46,199 bases of DNA from Coniocarpon cinnabarinum (taxonomy: Eukaryota): assembly GCA_051942205.1 (NCBI GenBank), contig JAVECO010000177.1, positions 1 through 46,199 on the forward strand. Reading direction: 5' to 3'. Below, in pieces: positions 11,951-23,573 of this stretch. The translations under genes and the position numbers were made by a program. Below the pieces are notes generated by a model, which was given only the letters and a program-made list of their open reading frames with translations, was not told where the DNA came from and made no database searches. Position 1 is the first letter of the stretch, and the number at the start of each line of letters is the position of its first letter.

Positions 11951-12568
11951 ATGAGCGAAGTAAGTTATCTCTTACGAGATTGTGGGCAATGCTAAATCCT
12001 CAAGCTCACCTCTTCTGAAATCAAGGATGCCACAGCTTTGGTCTATAACATGTCCACCCGTACCATCGAAAATGCCGAAACGCACACAAATGATGTCGGC
12101 CGTGCTGCCGCGGTGGCTAGATGTCACGAACTCATCCGCTTATGCTCCTATTTGCTATGCGGGGTTACGTCCAACGAACGCCGCGAATCCGAAGAGAAAA
12201 GAGATATCTGGCGCTACTACGCCGTCTTCAACTCTTTCTGCGAGGACATGATCGCTGGTCCGTTCGATCCTGTCTTGTATGACATGTACTTGGAAATCAA
12301 GGATGAGTATGACGCGTGGTCGTGCAACGTCCTGCCACCCACGTCATCTCATATTGAAATGATTCGTGTCGCCTACGAGATGAGCTGCGAGATCGCCAAG
12401 GAAGTGCGAGCAATGAACACTATTCCCATACCAGAAGGACCACAAGCATTGACTTTGGCTGAGAAGCTCCGCGTCAAGACAGAACAATTGGCGCTCATGG
12501 AAGCACACATGGAAGCACTCCTGAAACAGGCTAACGAATCGGCAAGAGCTGTTACGCCATCGAATTAA
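11951..12568 (+). CDS. Orphan small helical protein, tandem family member D, 2 exons (11951-11959, 12005-12568)
   Basis: gccATGAGCGAA|gtaagt..gctaaat..caag splices in frame to ORF 12038; ARCHELIRLCSYL and MSCEIAKEV match the family blocks. Confidence 0.7.
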
Positions 12569-13273
12569 CGGCAGCCACCGGGCTGAGTATTGCTCTCGAT
12601 CATTCACCACTTCCGGAATGAGAAGTGATCCAATCCAGTAGCTTTCAAAGCTCAACGTATATCATGACGAAACGAAGTGGAAAGCAGAGTCAACTGTCTT
12701 ACCTCGCAGCAAGCGCTGGCATCCTTGCCTTGCGCACACTCATATGCGATGTGAAGTCAAGAATATGGTATGTATAGTCACTCTTTCCTTGATCAATATA
12801 TCGTCACGAGTGCCTCCTCGAAACACTGCCCCATCGTGCTTATCGGTCCTGCGTCTTCTCCTCCCAGCTTCATGTTTGGTGCACAATCGCAATAGGTGAA
12901 ATCTCCATAAACATGCACACTGCAGGGGTAAGGACACCTGAAGCAGTCCTCATCGTCTTGTGTGCCTTCATGCTCCAGAGACATAGTGGCTAGTGCGTCT
13001 GTCCTTTCGGGTACTAGAGGCTGTTCTCAGTTTCATTTCGAGGATGCGATCGAAAGGCCAGAGAGACCGAGGTGCAACATACACGGTGGAGCAGTCATCT
13101 TTAGAGCTGGACGCGGCGCAAGCTGGGAAGATGCCGGTCCCCACTCTCCAAGCTCAAATGTCAAAGAGAAGGTCGACAGCATTACGAGGTGCAGGATTGG
13201 AGTGAACATCGAATGCTCTAGGCAACCTTTCCGTGCATCGATGAGCAAGAGCTGACTAGGCCTCGCGACGAAG

Positions 13274-13321
13274 TAATGACACCAAGCCCTTGTGACAAAC
13301 TAATGATACCAAGCCCTTGCG
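13274..13321. repeat. Short direct repeat, 2 copies of TAATGAYACCAAGCCCTTGYG (27-bp period)
   Basis: taatgacaccaagcccttgtg at 13274 and taatgataccaagcccttgcg at 13301, just downstream of the VPS34 stop. Confidence 0.7.
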
Positions 13322-13346
13322 TCGCGTCACATTCCATCGCGCCTTT

Positions 13347-16151
13347 TCAGGCTCTAAAGCGTTGCACAAATCCATGCGCCCAATCTATGACAGCAGGAGC
13401 CATTGCACTGACGCTGTCTTCCATGAGCGCCTCGAAGCTCCTGACAACTTCTTCCTCTGTTCTGAGCTCGAGGTGAAAGCGCTCTTTGACCTTTTCAACA
13501 GCTTTGTCAGGTTCCATTCTGATGTCAGGGATATTCGCGTCAACCATGAGACTGAACAAGTTCAAGATGAGACTGCTGCTTTTCCGAAGTGTGGTGTATG
13601 CTGTAAAGCAGTGCTGCTTGAATTGAGCATAGTAATCGCTTCGCGGTCCGCCCATGCCTTCGATCATTTCTTTGCTGAGCTTCATCAAGGGCGCGAATGG
13701 TTTCGGATCGCGGCCAAGGATGTAGCCAAAGTCTGCGTGGAAGAAGTTGCCATTGGGCATAAGCAAGAGATTGTCAAGATGCCTATCTCCAACACCCAGA
13801 AGGTATGTGATGACACAGTAGCCCGCGCAGCTCTTCACAAACGTGTCCATTGCTTCTTTGCGGACCCCGAGCTCAGACTTCTTATCTGGATTGTGTTCAC
13901 GTAGATACGCAAGCAACGACCCTTTATACCTTGACACTATATTTGCAAGTGTCATGGACGGGAGGAATTGGACAGCGCCCGCGCTTGTAGACGTTGCAAG
14001 AATACGATATGGTGAAAGCTTGAGATCCAAGTTCTCATTTCTCAGCAACCGGTCCATTAACATGATGATCTGTATTACGAGTTGGTCTTGACGAAGATCA
14101 TCTCCAGTCTTGAAGATGATTGAATATCGCTTGTTGTCATTGGTCTTAAAGGGTATGAGGAGAGGTAGTAAAGAAGATTTGAAAACGATAGCTTCCTCTG
14201 GAACACACGATGTCACTGAGACGTCGGGATCTAAAGGAAGGGGCAAAGGAGGATCGTATTTCAAAAGATCATTTGCTGGGTCATTCAGAAGCTTCTTCAA
14301 GCGGTCAATCTTCTGCAGGCGGTCGCCTTTTGAGAATCGAATGTCTTTCGATATTTTGGACAGCACAGTGATCAGCTCGCCTTGCCGCAGAAGAAGCTTG
14401 CGTCTTTCTGAACCATGTGGTGTGTTTTCCAGCTCGCTCATGAAATCATACTCCACCTTAGCAAAAAGCTTCCGATTGTCTGTCGACTGTCCGTCACTCT
14501 TGTCATCGACTTCCACCATCAGGTACCAATGCAAGAAGTTGCCGAGTTTGAGATTGCCAACGGCACGCGAGATGAGGAAGCGTGCGAGAGAAGAATCTTG
14601 CGCCGTATCTTCAGGATTCTCAGCTTCAACCTGCTCAAACTTCAGCGCTTGCACAAGCTGCAGGAGGTACACCAAGAGCTCTTCATCATCGGCCTTACGA
14701 AGGCGGTCGACAGCGTACGCTCGAACAGCCGGGTTGGAGACAGTCGGTCCCAGCAGCTCAAGAGCGTCGTCGACATCGATCTCAGTCCATCGAGGCAGCA
14801 ACTGCACTGCCTGTCTGGCTTCGTTCATATCATTCCAGTTAGTTGACTTGACAAACTTGGTCAAGGCCCGCTTGTTGCGCATAAGGTGATGTCTGAAGCG
14901 CCAAATGAGATCTTTCTCTGCTTGTGAGAGCTCTTCGGTGGGACCGGCAGATATAACGTTCGCGAGGTCGTCTCGAGTTTTGGCATTAGGCTTTGCGTCT
15001 CTATCAACAAGCCCGCTTCTTTGATTGCGAAAGAGTCGTCTGTGCTTGCTTTCCACTGGGTTTTCTTTGAAGCCTACTTCAGGATCATAAATACGAATCA
15101 ATCGGCCGGCTTCGGGATCCGTCTCGTTGATACCCGGACCCAGTGTCACTTCTGGGGGAGGCTTGAGCTGTACATCCCCAGCAGCAGTGTGCTGTGGTTG
15201 CATTGTCGAGATAGGTGGAGGGGGATATTCAAAGTCCGTAAAGACGACGGCATGGTCAAACCTTGGAAAGTCAATATACAAGAAGAATTGGCCAGGGTTG
15301 ATGTCTACATCAGTGGTCGCTGCGTCATCTATTGGTCCTTGAGATTTGGATTCTTGTTTGTCACCATTGAGACCGGCAGTACCATTGCTGTAAGCATGTC
15401 GTGATTGCTCATTCATCTTCTTGCTCAGCTTACGCTGCAGCTGCTCGATGTACCTGAAGACTTTACTGTCAAGCATGTGGTCTTCCTGGATTTCCCCGTT
15501 CTCGAGTTTCTTGAGGAGACCCTCGAGCCGCTCGAGCTCCTTCAATTCTTCATCCTCAATGAAGTCGTCAGATTTGGTCGACTTCTCAGTCCGGCGATCA
15601 TGTTTGGCCATGTAAGGAGTTGCAGGTTCTGCAAACCCATCTGCTGCTTTGCGTCTGTGCACATAACATCGTTGACGACCCTGTCTTAGAACACCTTCAT
15701 CATCGAATATGGGTATAGTCGTTCCGCCAAACGGGGCTGCATGGCCTACCGCATCCTTGCCGCCTGTAGGACAGATATCCCACATGGTAATAGCTAGCTG
15801 AGACGAAGCAGGAGCTTGAGAATAGTTGACGGACGTATACAGCCATTCATTCCACTCCCTGCGATTCTTGAACGCCTTGTATGCTGTCTGAATAGGCGGA
15901 CCGTAAGATTTGCTGTTTGCCCAGAGCTGCGCGGTAACATACAGATCAGAGACTGGATTGGAATTTGACGGCACGTGACGCAAGTCCGGGCGTTTAAGCA
16001 GTGTTGACAAGGGTATTGGGTCTTGGTGTCCATCAAGGTGATTGCTACACACAGTTAATCATGTCGCGCGCCAGCGGAGTACGACATACATTCGAACGCT
16101 CACAGGAAGTTCCAAGTCGCGGGAGTGCGCGAATGTGAAGGGTTCTGTCAT
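13347..16151 (-). CDS. VPS34: Class III phosphatidylinositol 3-kinase, 2 exons (16151-16090, 16044-13347)
   Basis: C2, helical and kinase domains; FKTGDDLRQDQL, GVGDRHLDN, HADFGYILGRDPKP; intron gtatgt..gtag. Confidence 0.98.
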
Positions 16152-16541
16152 GTTGACAGCGTTGACATTTAAGTCTGGTGCTGTAACATCATCCCTTGGC
16201 GCATTCTTGCCTCACTGTTGATCATATCACATGGTCAAGCGCATTTCAATAGATGTTCAAAGTCTTCTGATATTCATTGATGACAGAAACATGCAAGAGG
16301 AGAAGGTAGGTGATGAAGTGCACGTATCCAAGAGGTTCTGCCCAGCCCACATGACCCCTAAATGTAGGCACCCCAGGCATCCCTTTAAGGGCATCGGACG
16401 CCCCAAGATGCCCGGCAACAACCCCTAATTTTAGCGCCCTTCCTACCTTTTGCTGCTCGTGTCATGCGTCATTACACTGGTTGATCACCCAGCATTCTGT
16501 TCTCTATCACCTCACAACCCATCAGATAGGACTGGACAAGA

Positions 16542-17318
16542 ATGTCATCTCACCGATCGCCGCTTCTCACGCTCATAGTAGCAGCAGCACAGCCTGGCTA
16601 CGGCATTGGCAAAGCAGGGGCACTGCCATGGCCCATGCTAAAAGGTGAAATGGGTTTTTTCTCGCGCGTCACAAAGCGAGTTAATCCTCCGCACGCGTCC
16701 GAATCTAAGACTGTCGCGAATGCGATAATCATGGGTCGTAAAACTTGGGATAGCATTCCAGAAAAATTGAGGCCCCTAAAAGGAAGGGTCAATGTCGTTG
16801 TGAGCTCGAGTATGACACAACCATCACTAAATGAAGGCTCATTGGAGGGGCCGTTTATTTATTCGTCCCTAGACGATGCCCTGAAGATGCTCAGTCGTTC
16901 TCAATGCACCCCTAAGGCCAACCCAGAAGCCAAAGGCAGCTCAGCGTTGGGAGGTGGTTCGGTAAGACCACCTGCAACCACTGAAATATCAAGAACGTTC
17001 GTAATAGGAGGCTCTTCGCTATATGAAGCAGCTCTCCAATTGGGCACTGCCAGAAGGCTCTTGGTCACCAAAGTTCGCAAGACATATGAATGTGACGTCT
17101 TTTTCCCCATCGATCCTGACTCCACTTCGTCGACCGCGTCTGGTTGGAGACGGAGGAGTGCGCAAGAGTGGGCTGACTGGACTGGAGAGTTTGCGGATGG
17201 CAAGTCTAAGGGCACAGAAAGAGAAGAGAATGACGTTCCTTACGAATTTTGCCTGTACGAGCGCGAAGAAGCAAATCTAGAGCATCCCGATGAAACGCCT
17301 GTGTCACAGTCTCTATGA
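16542..17318 (+). CDS. DFR1: Dihydrofolate reductase
   Basis: LIVAA..GIGKAGALPWP, IIMGRKTWDSIP..LRPLKGRVNVVVS, FVIGGSSLY, CDVFFP. Confidence 0.96.
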   Translation: MSSHRSPLLTLIVAAAQPGYGIGKAGALPWPMLKGEMGFFSRVTKRVNPPHASESKTVANAIIMGRKTWDSIPEKLRPLKGRVNVVVSSSMTQPSLNEGSLEGPFIYSSLDDALKMLSRSQCTPKANPEAKGSSALGGGSVRPPATTEISRTFVIGGSSLYEAALQLGTARRLLVTKVRKTYECDVFFPIDPDSTSSTASGWRRRSAQEWADWTGEFADGKSKGTEREENDVPYEFCLYEREEANLEHPDETPVSQSL

Positions 17319-17337
17319 AGACCCGCAGAAGCTGATT

Positions 17338-19210
17338 TCAAGGCGTCTCTCTAACTAGCTCCACCTTCGAAGGATTGAGGACCTCGTATTTGCCCCCACT
17401 GACGTCTTGCCTCATCGCGTAGAGAGCGTCAAGGAAGGCGGGTATGAACGAACCTGGGCCGCCTGCTTTTGCTGCAGCCTTCTCAGCAGCCAGCTCGTAT
17501 GCGAGCAACGCCGCCAAAACGGCTAGGAGACGATCACCTGTGGGCTCGTTCCTGATCCCTTGGCTCTCTATGCCATCGATTGCGAGGAACGAGGAAATGA
17601 CTGTACCCAAAGCACACCCGCTTCCTGTAATGGAGCCCAGGTATTCATGGCCATGCTTGACGGTATACGCTGAATTACAGGTCAGCATTGCCATATCATG
17701 CGACAACGGCAAAGACTTACTTCTTGTGCCGTCTGAGATAAGATCAGTCTCTCCGGTCATCAAAATGACACTACGCTCTCGCAAAGCCAGGGCTTTCACC
17801 AACTGTGCCGCAGAGCCCGCGTCCAACGCTCTTGAGCCACTGTCCACACCATGCTGTTTGATCTCATCTTTCGACTCCATACTTGTGGTGTGATTACCAG
17901 CTCCCTGGGCTGAGACTGTTCGGATCTCGGCTTCATTGCCTTTGATCACATCGAAGTGACCAGCATCTAGCAGCTCTCGGACAGCTTGACGTCGAACGGC
18001 CGTCGCACCAGCACCTACAGGATCTAGTAGCGTTGGCCGACCTGCGTCATTGTACGCGCTTAAGGCTATCTTATAGTGGCTAAGTGTATCTCCAATCAAT
18101 GTGCCCATGTTGAGCACCAAAGCTGAGGTGGGAATCGTTGCCAGATCAGCAGCCTCTGCTGGGTTCATAGACATAATTGGAGACGCTCCAATTGCGAGAG
18201 CTACATTGGCTGCGAAGTTTTGCACTACGGTGTTGGTCATGTTGTGTGATAATGGCTTTGCTTGAGCAAGCTTCTCCCAGAGCGGACCAATCTTTGGCAA
18301 AAGCACTTCCGGATCAGGAGGTGGTGAGGGCTGACGCGAGAACACATGCACAAATGGAGGGGGCGTGCTAATCAGCCTACGCAGCTGACTGGCCGCCTCC
18401 TTCGGATACTCAGCACCCATGATAGCGGACACGACCGCCACACCGTTTAAGGCCTGTGTCGCATGGTTGTCATGTGCTGGTCTTGACTTGTACAAGACCC
18501 GCTGTAAATTTCGAGCATTGATACCTCCAATGCACACCTTGGGGATATCAGCGGCCGGACTTGGGAGCGTGGCAAGGGACGTGAGAACACGACGAAGGCC
18601 AGTCGTGCCTATGATGGACTTTGTGTCCTCCTTTCTGACATTTTAGTCTGTTAGCTTAAGGTACGCCTAGCGATTGCAGGAACTCACGTCGGAGTGGCGA
18701 AGACAGTGCCAATGCCCAGGTAGTCAGCCCCAGCTTGTGCAGCTTCACACGCCTCTTCCACAGAACATGCCGTCAGACCAATGATCGCGTCCTTTCCAAG
18801 AGCCTTTCGTGCTGTATGTAGGTCTGCAACATAATCAGTCATCACCTTCGTCTCTGCAGCACAGACAGCTACCTAAATCATCTTGCCCAAGATGAACACC
18901 CTCTGCACCTATGGCTAACGCAACGTCGACACGATCGTTGATGAGCAGCGGTATTCTATGCCGCTGTGTAATTTCATGGATTCGAGTTGCCGTGTGCACT
19001 AGGGTGGCCGTGTCGCTCTTTTTGTCACGATATTGCACGATAGTCACACCTTTAGCAAGGTCTTAGCGAGAACTTTGCTGGCTTGTTGGATACGAAAATA
19101 CCTCCGGCTACGGCGTCCTCTACTACATCTACCACGTCACGGTCCCCGAGGATTGCATGAGTCGAGTCTGTGACAAGATAGAGTGAATAGTCCACGGCAT
19201 TTCTACACAT
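17338..19210 (-). CDS. THI6: Bifunctional thiamine-phosphate synthase / hydroxyethylthiazole kinase, 5 exons
   Basis: [70 protein letters not shown]; introns 19101-19050, 18872-18824, 18687-18635, 17720-17670. Confidence 0.96.
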
Positions 19211-20144
19211 AGTGTAGTGAGGAAGACTTTCCTGGTCCAGGCCAGAAATTCAAATCAGAAAAAATGCAGGGTTGACCCCCAATGCGCGGTGCTCATTTAA
19301 GATGTCTGTTGTACTAAGCTACATGAGCACAGGTCGTGACCTCTAGAGACTTGCTTGTCCGCGTAGGCACATTGGATATTCGGCTGGACATGCGTCTTGT
19401 GGCAGGTATCATTTGAACCCATCGACGTATGAGGAGTACTGCGGTTGCACGTGATTACATCACGTGAGATCTTTGGGACATCCAACTATGACTTGCAAGA
19501 TCGATTTTCTGCACCTTTAAAACCACTTGAATCTTTTGAAGGCGCGAGAATGTTCGCGCAAGTAACTTTGCTCTTCAAATACCCTGTAAAGACTATTAGA
19601 GCAGGTGCGAAAGGTCTTCGATAAGAATAAATACGTGTACAGACACTTTTACTCTTCTGATCCCTTTTGTCTTGGTTGTTTTTCTAAAATGTAATACACG
19701 AGCTTTTTGTGTCTGGAAATGTTGGATTCGCACGGAGTTCTGAGCCACCTGTAGCCATGAGCTGCCCTCTCTAACGCTTGCTGCAGGGGGCCCGGGGATG
19801 CAGCTCTAGAATTGGTATAGGTATTCATCATTTCCTGCTTGCAGGCTGGGACTGCACCAACACAGTTCCTTTCGCCGCTTGCCGATGGCGTTGCATTGCA
19901 TGGCATTCATCCATGGATGTCGCTGTCCTGCTGCATCGTGCGCATGCATCCCCGCCTCCCACAAACTCTGTCGGTGGTGGGTATTGTTTGCCTGAAACTC
20001 CAACACGCATGCAGACGCGAGCATGTGGCACCAGCTGCTTTGCCGATCTCTCAGTGTCGCTTTTCCCCTGCCGCTTCTGGCATTTAATAGCGCCGTCGAC
20101 GCTGAGGGCCTTCGCGTCGACTGCAAAACGCGATCTCGACGACA

Positions 20145-21194
20145 ATGGCCGCCCATTCGAGTAGCGTGAACGAAGGCAAGGCCCCGTTTAACGTTGGTGG
20201 GTCTGATAGGCGTTGCTTCACGTGGTACCGCACCTACGGGCCTTTGCACGACAAATCTAAAGTGCCCTTGATCGCCCTCCATGGCGGACCTGGTTGCGGC
20301 CATGAGTACATGAAGCCCACGATCGACCTGTGGACAAGACATGGAGTCCCCATCGTGCTCTACGACCAGCTCGGCTGTGGCGCATCGACGCTGCTCCCTA
20401 AGAAATGCGGCGATGAGACTTTCTGGACCGTGGACCTGTTCCGTCGCGAAATCGTCAACCTCGTCGATCATCTCGGCATCAGCACTTATGACCTCTTCGG
20501 CCATTCGTGGGGTTCGATGCTCGCGGCGGACTTTGCAACTCACCAGCCCAAGGGTCTTCGCAAGCTGATCCTTATGGGTGGCCTGGCGAGCGTCAAGCTT
20601 CACATCGAGGCTGTACAGGCGCGCATCGCTGAGCTTCCGCTGAACATTCAGGCGACTATCCGTAAGTACGACGAGGCACACGAGTATGACGCCCCGGAGT
20701 ACAAAGACGCCTGTATGGTGTTTTACAGACGGTTCATGTGTCGACTGGATCCGTGGCCAGAAGAAGTGTCCCTCTGCGTGAAGCGCCTCGAAGATCCAAC
20801 AGTATACCGCACAATGTTCGTAGCATGACCGATTGACTGACGGTAACGTGTCCCCGCTGACACAGCTCATGACAGGTTTGGCCCGTCAGAACTGCGATGT
20901 ACTGGCAACCTACGCGACTGGAGCGTCGTTGGTGCCTGCCATAAAATCCAAGGGTCGACGTTGCTGATCAACGGTTTTTACGATGAGATTCCCGAGTCAG
21001 CGGCAGCGCCCTGGTTCGAGGAGATCTTACAGGTGAAGTGGCGGGTTCTTCCGGAGTCGGGCCATATGGGCCTGTGGGAAGAGCGCGAGACATGGCTCAA
21101 GATCATGGCGGACTTTCTAGGTTACAAAGTGACGAGATCGGATGCATCGGGCTTGCATCCTTTCAAGAGCTTACATCCTCATAGCCAACATTGA
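20145..21194 (+). CDS. Proline iminopeptidase / L-amino-acid amidase-like alpha/beta hydrolase (peptidase S33), 2 exons (20145-20815, 20876-21194)
   Basis: LHGGPG, YDQLGCGAS, nucleophile GHSWG, PTVYRTM|FGPSE, catalytic Asp in FYDE and His in SGHM. Confidence 0.88.
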
Positions 21195-21766
21195 CTTTGC
21201 CACTAGCTCCTATCGTAGCCCACAACTGCAAGTGGGCTAAAGGTGTTTCAAACCTCGAACCCTCAGAAAGGCTTTCAAATACTTTGTTTCGCCCTGGTAA
21301 AGAGACTGTAGAAGGCGCAGAACTGCTCAAATATGATAGATTCTACTACTCAGAGATGTACAATGTCTAGTTCTTGGGCTTTGCATAGGGGTCAATCCCC
21401 CCTAAAATTCCAATACCTTCTTCGGCCTCTTTTTATCCTGCCAAGACAGCAGTAGCGATAGCGACCTTTATACGGAGTCATCACTTGATTTCTTTTGAGG
21501 GTATGTGGGTCGAGAAGCGGACGATCGAGATTGCAACACGTAACGCGTAATAGGAGAGCAAGCGGTCCGATGGGATTAGACTGACACAAATAGGGCTCAG
21601 CGCAGTGTATAGAATTAGAGGGTCGAGATCCACGAAGTCATTCTTCCTGAAAAGCACGCATACTGCCGGCTGATAACGGTGCCAAATCGTCACCGTGCCC
21701 ACCATATCTTTTGCTGCACAATCGTTATGTTTAACCAGCCCATCCATACAAGTCTCGAGTCAGCAC

Positions 21767-23210
21767 TCAAGTATACCAGCTCGGCTCAGGAACCTGCCCC
21801 TTGAGCAGGTACGTACCCAACTCCTGCTCTTTGTACGCCACAGGGTCATGCAACGTATGAGTCCTCACGTCTCTCCAAAAGCGGTCCAAGCCGACTTTGG
21901 ATGCCGTAGCTCTTGCACCTGTGACCTCAAATACGCCTGCAGTGACTCTCAATGCGGTATCCGTGGCCACCACTTTCACGCTAGCTACCCATTCTGCGAG
22001 GTCTCCGCGCTCTTCAGCGGTGATGTCGCGCTTCTGAGAACGACTGGCATAAATTGCGCTCACCTTGTCTCCCGCGCGGTCGGCAAGGGCCTCGGCGGCG
22101 CGAAGATGTGCAAGGAAAGACCCATAACGTTGGAGGATGTAGGGTTCCTCAGTGCCGGCGGATGCGGGAGACGGGGTGTATGGCCAGGGTCGGGTGTTTT
22201 TTGCGGTGTAGGTAGAGCCAAATGACAAAGCACCAAGGGCGATGCCGATGTAGAAGTTCGAGAAGACCAGCTGGATACTGGCAAGTAAAGGTTAGGCATG
22301 TAGGAGGAAATCTTGGGGCGGGGGGCGACATTGGTCTTAGAGGGAGGGATGATGTGTCTTACGTTGGCAGCAGTAAGGTAGCCCATGGTATGTTCAACAC
22401 GCTTGGAACGGGAGCTTTAGACACCGGATCCCAGCCAAGGGCATCAACCCAAGGAACTTTGACGTTGTCAATCTTGACGCTGCCGGACTCTGTGAGGCGA
22501 AGACCGATGTTATCCCAGTCGTGCCCGAATATAATGGCAGGTTGCTTGGTCGGCGCCAGAGCAAAAACGTGCTTATCAGTGCCATCGTACACCTTTCTTG
22601 CTCGTCAGCTGAGCGACTAGGACGCTGCGACAGAATTTTACCTCACCCCCTCTAGCACAGTCAAATCGGAGACCACGCCGCCTGTATTGAAGTGTTTAAA
22701 GCCACTGAAGACAATATGATCTCCATCGTCGAGAATCATCTGGTCGTTGTCGCGCGGGTTCACGGCACCACCAACGAAGTAATTGTTCTCAATGATCAAC
22801 TTCTGCGTACGATCATTCTGCTCGTCGGTGCCCACCACTGCAGAAGTCCAAGACCAAAGCAAGTGGTATCCGATCAACATTCCGAGTGACCCGTCGGCTT
22901 TGGCTACTTCGCGGATGATCTTGTAGGCCACATCCCAGCCCTGACCGCCACCGCCATAATTCTGTGGGCCAAGGACCTTGGTCAACCCAGCGGATTTGAG
23001 TAGAGAAACCTCCGCAAACGGACTTTTGTTCTCTTTCTCACGAACCGAGGCATCTTTGGCTAGAATCGCCCCTACTTGTGCCGCACGGTGAATCCATTGG
23101 TCAGGTTTGGATGGAAGTCCCTCGTGTGCAAATGCTTCGTGATGCTCATCGTATATCGAAGGGTCAGTCGAATGTTGTGCTGCCTCTGAGGATCCGTTAG
23201 TGAGCGTCAT
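21767..23210 (-). CDS. Acyl-CoA-dehydrogenase-fold flavin monooxygenase (DszC/MsuC/SfnB-like), 3 exons, ~434 aa
   Basis: AKADGSLGMLIGYH, GAVNPR, GFKHFNTGG, DWDNIGLRLTESG, GLDRFWRDVRTHTLHDPVAYK; introns 22646-22593 and 22362-22278. Confidence 0.88.
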
Positions 23211-23308
23211 CCTTCCACAATTCCGACACACAGTGTAAGTCTAGGAGCTCGAGGGCCATACCGTTTGTATACCATGCTAGCTCCACTCAAGCAGAACATA
23301 CCGGAGTA

Positions 23309-23318
23309 ATGGCATCAT
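23309..23318. promoter_or_regulatory. Putative CYS3/MetR bZIP sulfur-regulator site
   Basis: ATGGCATCAT is a perfect match to the Neurospora CYS3 consensus ATGRYRYCAT, ~100 bp upstream of the DszC/MsuC-like ATG. Confidence 0.5.
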
Positions 23319-23573
23319 CTTGGACGAGCTATGAGCTCAGACTCAACGGCGGACTTAAAGTTGTGGTTCTGGATCTTAAATGAGGTAGCTATCATATTGC
23401 CGTTTTGGGGCAACTCGTATATTGAGTCAAGCAATTCCCTTACACCTACGCCACCTTGCATTGGTTCGCTAGACAAGCACGCCATAGCACGCAATGGCGA
23501 TAGAAAGCAAATCGTGTTTCGTTCTGGAATTGCATTTCCTTGATCCAAATGCTCTATTGTCTAACGGCTCGAT

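Noticed and set aside
7100..13300. Transposon or RIP-mutated relic as explanation for the accessory block
   Set aside because: No transposase or RT motifs, TIRs or LTRs seen, and no strong TpA-enriched AT-rich tract
14110..14889. Long antisense ORFs (also 19806-20870, 34499-35485, 37054-37854)
   Set aside because: Shadow frames opposite well-supported genes, with no motifs of their own
16340..16440. ACCCCTAA motifs and GGGCATC..GATGCCC inverted repeat in the VPS34/DFR1 divergent promoter
   Set aside because: Short and not telomeric; compatible with chance or ordinary promoter elements
19211..19520. TPP riboswitch upstream of or within THI6
   Set aside because: I found no CTGAGA / ACYTGAT..TAAT..GCG aptamer core; the introns are too short to hold one
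21250..21270. GGTTCGA B-box-like motif suggesting a tRNA
   Set aside because: No cloverleaf can be folded around it; I found no tRNA or rRNA genes in the window
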